From NCBI GenBank assembly GCA_964498685.1, contig CAZCGO010000004.1, forward strand, positions 8,496-72,495: a stretch of 64,000 nucleotides of DNA, written 5' to 3'. The translations under genes were made by a program, and so were the position numbers. This document shows positions 57,964 to 64,000 of this stretch, piece by piece. The first letter of the stretch is position 1, and each line of letters opens with the position of its first letter. This DNA is from an uncultured Hyperthermus sp. (GTDB lineage: Archaea; Thermoproteota; Thermoprotei_A; Sulfolobales; Pyrodictiaceae). The notes under the pieces are model-generated. The model saw only the letters and a program-made list of their open reading frames with translations, searched no databases and had not been told where the DNA came from.

Positions 57964-58086
57964 ACATTAGGCGCCATGAGCGATGTGCACCCTTCTTCGG
58001 GATAAAAACACTAGACTCCAAGACGGGCGCCTAGGACAGTATACGACAAACGTCGAGGAAAGACTATACCAGGCAGGCAGATAGCC

Positions 58087-58788
58087 ATGAAGAACCGGAG
58101 GCCAAAACTACTCAGCATAGAAGCCTACGACACAGTAACAACGACAATGGACACCGAGCCCCCACTCCTACCCGGCGCGACAATAGCCAGGCAGCAAACC
58201 CGGGGAAGAGGAAGAACCGGCCCATGGCAAAGCTCCCCCGGAGGGGCATGGCTAACACTCCACACACCCCAGCCCCCGCCCCCAGGCCTACCCGTAGCAG
58301 TAGGCGGCTGCACGGCCACAAAACTAAACCAGCTACTAGGCCGACAAGCAGTAGCAGTAAAATGGCCAAACGACCTCATAGCCGCGCCATGCGGCCCAAA
58401 GCTCGGAGGAATACTCGTAGAGCACCGCGGCGCAGCCACCAGGATAGGGATAGGCATAAACGTCTACAACAACCCCCCGCCAGGCGCCACAAGCCTCAGC
58501 CAGCTAGGCTACAGGAAAGGACTAGCACAGGTACTACAGGCCGCCATAGAGGCAGCACTCGAAGCACTAGCCAACACAGCCACCTGCATAGAAGCCGCCA
58601 GGAGGCTAGACGCGCTCAAAACAGCAACAGTCGAGGTAGAAACACCAACAGGCACGCTAAGAGGAACCGCAGAAGGCATAGCCAGCGACGCAGCCCTAAC
58701 AATAAGAGACCCCCATGGCAGGCTACACAGGGTAACCTGCTGCCACGTGAAAACCTACCACTGCGTATTACCCAGCCCCAGGCGCTAA
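58087..58788 (+). CDS. birA: biotin--[acetyl-CoA-carboxylase] ligase (no N-terminal HTH domain)
   Basis: GRGRTGPWQSSPGGAWLTL (GRGRxGRxWxSPxG motif), VKWPNDL, KLGGILVE. 233 aa. Confidence 0.85.
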   Translation: MKNRRPKLLSIEAYDTVTTTMDTEPPLLPGATIARQQTRGRGRTGPWQSSPGGAWLTLHTPQPPPPGLPVAVGGCTATKLNQLLGRQAVAVKWPNDLIAAPCGPKLGGILVEHRGAATRIGIGINVYNNPPPGATSLSQLGYRKGLAQVLQAAIEAALEALANTATCIEAARRLDALKTATVEVETPTGTLRGTAEGIASDAALTIRDPHGRLHRVTCCHVKTYHCVLPSPRR

Positions 58789-58828
58789 CCACAACCCAGA
58801 GGAATACCAGCCACACGGGCCCCCAGCC

Positions 58829-59359
58829 ATGATACTCGCAGACCGAGACATAGCCTGGTACATGGAGAAAAACCTCCTACGCATCACCCCCCTCTCCCCC
58901 GACACCATAAGAGAGAACGGCATCGACCTACGCCTAGGCGACGAGTACTGCCGGTTCAACCAGGACGCGCCCGAACTCGACACCGCGGAACCCTTCGACA
59001 GGAGAACCTACTACCAGTGCAGCAAGGCGGGAAGAGAAGGCTACACCATAAAACCATACGAGCACCTACTCGCAACCACAATAGAGACAATATGCCTACC
59101 CGACGACCTCGTAGGCCTAGTCAACGTCAGGAGCACCTACGCCCGCCTAGGCCTCTACATACCACCCACGGTGATAGACGCCGGCTTCTGCGGACAGGTA
59201 ACAATAGAGATAATCGGCTCAGCCTACCCGATACGCCTCTACCCCGGCCAACGCTTCCTCCACGTAGTCCTCGTTAAAACCACGAGCCCGGTGGCAAAAC
59301 CCTACAACGGAAAATACCAGCACCAAAAAGGAGTAACACCGCCAAAGCCAGACAACTAG
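58829..59359 (+). CDS. dcd: dCTP deaminase
   Basis: MILADRDIAWYMEK...IDLRLG...VNVRSTYARLGL...IDAGFCGQVTIEI. Confidence 0.9.
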   Translation: MILADRDIAWYMEKNLLRITPLSPDTIRENGIDLRLGDEYCRFNQDAPELDTAEPFDRRTYYQCSKAGREGYTIKPYEHLLATTIETICLPDDLVGLVNVRSTYARLGLYIPPTVIDAGFCGQVTIEIIGSAYPIRLYPGQRFLHVVLVKTTSPVAKPYNGKYQHQKGVTPPKPDN

Positions 59360-59391
59360 ATTCAAAATATATTTTAATATTTAAAAATAAT

Positions 59392-60018
59392 CTAGGGAAG
59401 TGGTAGTATTGATACAACGTAGTAATTGTTGTTAATGCGGGTAGCTAATGCAACGCTATAAACATAGCCGGGTTGAACACCTTGGGCCTCAACTTTGAGA
59501 ACAGTGTAGCTCCCCGGCCTTAGAATACCAGCATCAAACAGTCTAATACTGCCAGCATTTCCCTTTAGTTCGCCAATGCCGTAGTAGCCGTCCTTAATAT
59601 AAACGTAGACATGTCTTGAATCAACACTGACGGAGGGCAACAAGTTCCACCCGTTATCGTACTCTAGAGGTGCCGCTGCAGAACTCATGTTATAGACCGT
59701 ATAGGTCAATGATGGCAGCAGTACTGGCAGGTTTTCGCTGTTGTACGTAAGTACGAAAACATAGAGCCTCGTAGCACTCGTACCGCTATTTATAACTACA
59801 GTTACTGCTTTGAAACCTCCTGTAGAATTCTCGAAGCCTTCAAGCGACATTGATAGAGCGGCTGCTATATTCGAGAGCGTGTTCATTATTTGCTGGTTAG
59901 CTCTTGCTTGAACTAATAAAGGAGTAAAATAGTACACCATTCCAAGCGCTAATACTATAGCTATCGAAACTATTATTACTGTTGACAAAAGCTCTGCCTG
60001 CGTCCTCATTTCTATCAC
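59392..60018 (-). CDS. putative type IV pilin-like protein (class III signal peptide candidate)
   Basis: 208 aa. MIEMRTQA/ELLSTVIIVSIAIVLALGMVYYF has a short charged leader plus a hydrophobic helix, followed by a beta-rich S/T/N/Y-rich domain. The gene is AT-rich. Confidence 0.6.
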   Translation of the reverse strand: MIEMRTQAELLSTVIIVSIAIVLALGMVYYFTPLLVQARANQQIMNTLSNIAAALSMSLEGFENSTGGFKAVTVVINSGTSATRLYVFVLTYNSENLPVLLPSLTYTVYNMSSAAAPLEYDNGWNLLPSVSVDSRHVYVYIKDGYYGIGELKGNAGSIRLFDAGILRPGSYTVLKVEAQGVQPGYVYSVALATRINNNYYVVSILPLP

Positions 60019-60019
60019 C

Positions 60020-62344
60020 TTAGCGATGTAGATACCACATACCTAGCCATTCTACTGCAAGTGTAAAGTCCATATCATTATGTTCATAGTCGAAGCTCCA
60101 GCCGTATGGATCGTTCACTACAAATGCGACATAGTAGTCATTTGGCTGGTTAGGTAGCAGCAGGAAGACACTATCAGTCACCCACTGCGTGTTAGGCGGC
60201 CACGTGTCCTCTATATTCATCAATTGCTGGTAAATATAGTCGCTCGTCATATATACAGTGCCGTTTGGCGATATAAGTTGGAATGACATTAAGTATTGCT
60301 TAGGATCGTCTACATCATTTACGTCGTCCGCCGCATTATCATGGAACTTGTAGCGTATTTGTATTGAAACTTGTGCTATCTGACTACCATTTATACCATA
60401 AGGTCCAATGAACTTAAGATAGACCTTATTTATTGTTTGCTCGAGACACCCTACCTTCAAGGAGTCGGTATCGTCGTCAAACGCAGTGTAAATATGAGTG
60501 CCTAGATCATCGTAACTATCGCGATAGCCCCAGTCAGTCCCCTCATCAATAAATATTATCTCGTTAAGCCCGTTACCGTCGGTGTCTGCTATTAACGTAA
60601 AGGGTTCTATACCACTAGTAGCACCGCTGACAAAGTTAAAGAAGGTTAAAGTCGCATCTCGCAGCTCGTAGTCAAGTATCGCATGTGCTATATTCCTATA
60701 TGTGCCGTCGCCACTGTAATAGTAGAAACCAAACGCCTTTGCACCCTCAAGGTTGCTGTTTGTTGCATCATTGTGTGTACTTAAGAAGGTTGTAACTCCT
60801 CTCATCTTTATCCTTACTGGTTTTGCGTAGTCCTCGCTGTCTCTGTACGTGTTTATATCCTTGTCATACTCGAGAGATGCGTTTATGTTAGCATTGTTAT
60901 CGCGGCCGAAGTAGCCGAGACTATCGTCTCCCTGAAAGTTTTTAATTGAAATATTTATGTTTAAGGCAGTTCCGTATTCTGGGTTTTCTATACCGTCAGG
61001 TCCTCCTAGCGCGATGCAATCGCTCATTTGCATGAGGAGCTTATCGTTGTTTTGTTCTATGTTAGCTATCGAAGAGAGTGGGCAGTATATGATAAAGGGT
61101 CCTCCTTCGTATCTATCGTGCCCCTGATAATAGGTTCCTGTTGGTATGTAAATGTAGGCTCCAAAGCCTTTGGTGTCGAATATTATTTTAGCTTCTCTGT
61201 TCTTTATCGAGATGTTTTCGGTGGAACCTTTCTTAAGACGGGCTACTTTTCCGTATGCGTTTTCAACCACTTCATATTCAAGGGCTGCCAGTTTAGGTGA
61301 TAATTCGGTGCTATTTATTTTTATTATTGCTTGGTCATCGTTGGGCCATACAAATACCGCAAACCACTCGGCGCCATCCCGTACGGCAACTATGGCTGGC
61401 TCGGAGCCGTTGTAAGGCGCATAGGTATACATGCCGATTAGCGCTGCGGATTTAAATGGTGGTGTGTAGGGGGCTCCCCCGCCGCCAATCACAAAGCTTC
61501 CTGCTATAGGCTCTAGGTTGTGGATGAATATCGCGTCAAAACTTGTTTGGTTAAGGTAGTCGGCGGGCTGGAAGCCTCCCTCATAGAGTTTTTCGTTAAC
61601 ATAGCACAGTGATTTGACCATGTTTTTCCAGAATATTGACGTATTTGTGGATGATGAGTTGGGGCTTGTGCCTATTACGATATTGGGGTTATTAGCTAGT
61701 TGCGCTAGATCGTTTATCCCGGTTAGATTGAAGTAATTTGTTTTTACTGAACCTGCTACTGCTGCATACTGTGTTTGGCCGCTGCTTGGTGGGGGTGGCG
61801 TTATCGGTTTTATGTATGCACCGCTCGAGAGTACTGCGCTTATGAGTTCGCCGTTTACCACGGTAATCTTAGCTTTACCATTAGGATGTAGTAGGAGCTT
61901 GGAGCCATCTACTACTGCATTGCTGATTGGTGTAACATATACCTGAGCTGTGCCTGCTGTACATGCGCTTGTCACGCAGAGTCCTGGCTTTACGAAATAA
62001 GTGTCACCATTACTATCTTTTACTGAGAATATAACAAAACTATGCTCCTTACTATCCTTATTAGTAACTAGGTACACCTTTTTCGTCAATGAGCTGAGCG
62101 TGTAATCAAGTGTTATATTAATTGGCGCGTTTGCCGACCGTATCTTCTGTACAATACTTTGAGCGAGCTGTATGTTAGACTGGGCTGATGCTAACAAGTT
62201 TATCAGCAAAGGCACAAGCGCGGTAAGTATAAATGTAAATACTATTAGGCCGGCTATAGTGTTCGAGATAGCGCGGCGTGGCCTCTTGATATTGGCGCTA
62301 TATGTATCTCCAGCTTCAGTAGGCCTTGATGGCATGGCATGCAC
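60020..62344 (-). CDS. large (774 aa) surface protein with type IV pilin-like N-terminus; possible adhesin
   Basis: ...NIKRPRRA/ISNTIAGLIVFTFILTALVPLL resembles the archaeal prepilin motif [KR][GA]/[ILV]S..I. It is followed by ~740 aa rich in N/S/T/Y/D/G. Contains an FG-GAP/EF-hand-like loop ADTDGNGLNEIIFIDEG. GTG 62344 or ATG 62335 start. The gene is AT-rich. Confidence 0.7.
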   Translation of the reverse strand: MHAMPSRPTEAGDTYSANIKRPRRAISNTIAGLIVFTFILTALVPLLINLLASAQSNIQLAQSIVQKIRSANAPINITLDYTLSSLTKKVYLVTNKDSKEHSFVIFSVKDSNGDTYFVKPGLCVTSACTAGTAQVYVTPISNAVVDGSKLLLHPNGKAKITVVNGELISAVLSSGAYIKPITPPPPSSGQTQYAAVAGSVKTNYFNLTGINDLAQLANNPNIVIGTSPNSSSTNTSIFWKNMVKSLCYVNEKLYEGGFQPADYLNQTSFDAIFIHNLEPIAGSFVIGGGGAPYTPPFKSAALIGMYTYAPYNGSEPAIVAVRDGAEWFAVFVWPNDDQAIIKINSTELSPKLAALEYEVVENAYGKVARLKKGSTENISIKNREAKIIFDTKGFGAYIYIPTGTYYQGHDRYEGGPFIIYCPLSSIANIEQNNDKLLMQMSDCIALGGPDGIENPEYGTALNINISIKNFQGDDSLGYFGRDNNANINASLEYDKDINTYRDSEDYAKPVRIKMRGVTTFLSTHNDATNSNLEGAKAFGFYYYSGDGTYRNIAHAILDYELRDATLTFFNFVSGATSGIEPFTLIADTDGNGLNEIIFIDEGTDWGYRDSYDDLGTHIYTAFDDDTDSLKVGCLEQTINKVYLKFIGPYGINGSQIAQVSIQIRYKFHDNAADDVNDVDDPKQYLMSFQLISPNGTVYMTSDYIYQQLMNIEDTWPPNTQWVTDSVFLLLPNQPNDYYVAFVVNDPYGWSFDYEHNDMDFTLAVEWLGMWYLHR

Positions 62345-62612
62345 CCATATTTAATTATCTGTCATACAATAGAGCAACGATACCCCCATCTAATTAACAT
62401 AGTCGGCGTGGCTGATAAAACAAATCTTTAAATAAGGCAAGTAGGGTATGCTTTATGGTAATCCTCCTTGCTTTCTTGCTTTCATTGTTGCCCGCCGTAG
62501 GATGAGGGGCGAGATAGAGGGTAGGAACGGCTGTTGGGGTAGTGCCGGATGTGATAGTGGATCTGGCGTGATTTTGCCGCAAATCCCGGCAAGTCCTATA
62601 GTTAGTATTCGA

Positions 62613-62721
62613 TGGTGGGGCCGCCGGGATTTGAACCCGGGACCACCGGCGCTCCGGCCCGTGGCCCCCGGCGCGGGGTGGGTCCCCAGGCCGGCATCCT
62701 GCCAAGCTAGACGACGGCCCC
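62613..62721 (-). tRNA. tRNA-Pro (GGG) with a ~32-nt anticodon-loop intron, CCA encoded
   Basis: Reverse complement: GGGGCCG-TC-GTCT-AGCTTGGCA-GGAT-G-CCGGC-CTGGGGA[intron CCCACCCCGCGCCGGGGGCCACGGGCCGGAGC]GCCGG-TGGTC-CCGGG-TTCAAAT-CCCGG-CGGCCCC-A-CCA. The D stem contains G:U pairs. Confidence 0.85.
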
Positions 62722-63001
62722 TTTTCCTTGCTCCCTGTGGGTCCCCGGGTTGGGGCCCCGGTGTTGTGTGGTTGGGGTCGGCCGGGGGTCTTATTTTTGT
62801 CTTGTTGCGGTTCCTTTTGGGTTTGGCTGGTTGATGCTGGTAGGGGTGTTCCTGATGTTCCTTTTTCGCTGTGTTTTCTACCGGGGTTGATTCTGCCACA
62901 CGGAATTATTAAAAATGTGTCTCCGCCTTTCTCGTGTGTAACATTTTCATGGGAATAGGTGCTGTGCGGCAGAGGGCTAGCTGGCTGGAGGTGCTCTAGC
63001 G

Positions 63002-64000
63002 ATGGTGTACCCGGCTTGGTCCTCCTACCCCGTGCCGGGGATGCGTGCGCTGTCGTTCGTCGGCATCGCGGTGCACTGGATTATACTGCAGTACGTGCTG
63101 GGCCTGCCGTTCCTGGCGTTCCTGGCGCTGCTGGTCTATAACATGAAGCGGGACCCGGTGTGGATGAAGATAGCGAGGACTCTGGCTAAGGGCTTTGTCG
63201 TCGTGTTCGCCGTGGGCGCCGCCACCGGTACTGCTAGCGAGTTCGGGCTTGTGCTACTGTGGCCTAACCTCACCGAGGCCGCCGGCAGGTACATCTACTT
63301 CCCGCTGTACGCGGAGATATTCGCGTTCATGATGGAGGTAGTGTTCCTCTATATGCTCTGGTACGGCTGGAACCGCATTAACCCCAAGGCGCTGACTGTT
63401 GTCGCTTTCCTGGGCTTCCTCGGCGCCTGGTACAGCGCCTCTATGATAGTCAGCGTCAACAGCTTCATGGTGGCGCCCACCGGGATAGTGCCGGCGATCC
63501 GGGTTGAGAACGGCCACCTGGCCTACCTCTACAGCCAGGGCTACCCGAAGGTAACCGCCGCCGTGCCGGTGCCCATAGTGAGGCTGCTCAACGTCACGAC
63601 GCTGACCAAGGTTGCCCACATGGAGGTGCTGGGTACTGGTAAGGTCAGCCTGGCTGGGACGGAGGTGCCGGTGGTGCTGGTGAGGCTGCCGGCGCGGGTA
63701 GTGCAGCAGCTCGTCAGGGAAGCCTACGAGGGTAAGACGGTCGCGGAGAGCGTGCTGGCGGCCAAGGTTAACGGCAAGTACATCCTGCTCAACACTACCG
63801 GCATAGCGGCGCTGGCCAAGAACCCGGAGGAGCTGCGCACGCTGCTAAGGATAACGGGCAGCATGTCTATAGTGGAGAGCATGGGCGTCCGCCTCGAGGC
63901 CGGCACCCAGCTGACGCCGCAGCAGCTGGCGAAGGTGCTCCTCAGCCTGCCGGTGAAGAACGTCCTCGACCCTATACTGCTCGCAACGATAAAGTCTGTA
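63002..64000 (+). CDS. cydA: cytochrome bd-type quinol oxidase subunit I, partial (continues beyond window end)
   Basis: The frame is open from ATG 63002 to 64000 (333 codons); it is missing from the ORF track because it is edge-truncated. TM1 His (GIAVHWII), GAATGTASEFGLVLLWPN, and PLYAEIFAFMMEVVFLYMLWYGWNRI match CydA regions (E. coli [27 protein letters not shown]). Confidence 0.8.
   Translation, partial: MVYPAWSSYPVPGMRALSFVGIAVHWIILQYVLGLPFLAFLALLVYNMKRDPVWMKIARTLAKGFVVVFAVGAATGTASEFGLVLLWPNLTEAAGRYIYFPLYAEIFAFMMEVVFLYMLWYGWNRINPKALTVVAFLGFLGAWYSASMIVSVNSFMVAPTGIVPAIRVENGHLAYLYSQGYPKVTAAVPVPIVRLLNVTTLTKVAHMEVLGTGKVSLAGTEVPVVLVRLPARVVQQLVREAYEGKTVAESVLAAKVNGKYILLNTTGIAALAKNPEELRTLLRITGSMSIVESMGVRLEAGTQLTPQQLAKVLLSLPVKNVLDPILLATIKSV

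Noticed and set aside
50400-58000. Many overlapping ORFs on both strands in the very GC-rich block (for example 50571-50954, 50866-51504, 52734-53192, 55713-56120, 56446-57144, 57232-57612)
   Set aside because: They are Arg/Pro/Gly/Ala-rich products antisense to or out of frame with genes that have strong motifs (tmcA, M42, pccB, accB, accC). These are typical high-GC shadow ORFs.
58224-58832. 202-aa highly basic alternative-frame ORF inside birA (and 59017-59277 inside dcd)
   Set aside because: All stop codons begin with T, so T depletion of the coding strand suppresses stops in every frame. birA and dcd have clear family motifs in their own frames.
59360-62612. AT-rich island next to tRNA-Pro as an integrated mobile element or provirus
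   Set aside because: I found no integrase, transposase or viral gene. I also found no direct repeat of the tRNA-Pro 3' segment at the distal end near 59360. Only two surface-protein genes are present. I kept it as a compositional-island finding and did not call it a mobile element.
62394-62958. ORFs overlapping tRNA-Pro and its leader (62394-62705, 62453-62899, 62448-62834, 62728-62958)
   Set aside because: All of them cross the tRNA gene or the strongly skewed leader. Their products are compositionally implausible.

Overview
GC-rich archaeal chromosomal segment, densely packed with genes. The gene content looks crenarchaeal (Thermoproteota, Desulfurococcales-like): PriL, NucS/EndoMS, TFE, aTrm56, MBF1, PAN, S25e, Taw1/Taw3, intron-containing tRNAs, frequent GTG/TTG starts and overlapping genes. 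I support about 66 protein-coding genes and 6 tRNA genes. The tRNAs are Thr-CGU, initiator Met, a CAU elongator Met or Ile2, Asn-GUU, Trp-CCA and Pro-GGG; Thr, Trp and Pro carry anticodon-loop introns. I see no rRNA, CRISPR array, transposase or integrase.

Most genes are housekeeping:
- Translation and tRNA modification: metG, taw1, taw3, trm56, tmcA, gatC, hflX, and an NFACT/Rqc2 homologue.
- Glycine cleavage P-protein: gcvPA and gcvPB.
- Biotin-dependent acyl-CoA carboxylase (accC, accB, carboxyltransferase) plus birA.
- ahcY, dcd, NAPRT, thioredoxin, an M42 peptidase and the start of a cytochrome bd subunit I.

Items worth a second look:
1. An AT-rich ~3-kb island next to tRNA-Pro. It encodes a 774-aa and a 208-aa protein with type IV pilin-like (class III) signal peptides.
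2. A stand-alone FlaI/FlaJ-type ATPase and membrane-platform pair at the other end of the window. It has no filament subunit gene beside it and sits divergent from a large Sec-secreted protein.
3. Five consecutive CBS-domain-only genes.
4. A C5 cytosine methyltransferase with no restriction partner, overlapping tfe within a conserved housekeeping string.
5. A PhoH-KH ATPase followed by an HExxH metalloprotein.
6. A 0.5-kb ORF-poor, hairpin-rich spacer that could hold ncRNA.
7. A T-depleted birA-dcd block with atypical codon usage.
8. A bd-oxidase subunit I with a large hydrophilic insertion.

All calls come from reading the sequence and ORF translations by eye; no database search was run. Start codons are often uncertain, and I note where I trimmed the longest-ORF coordinates.
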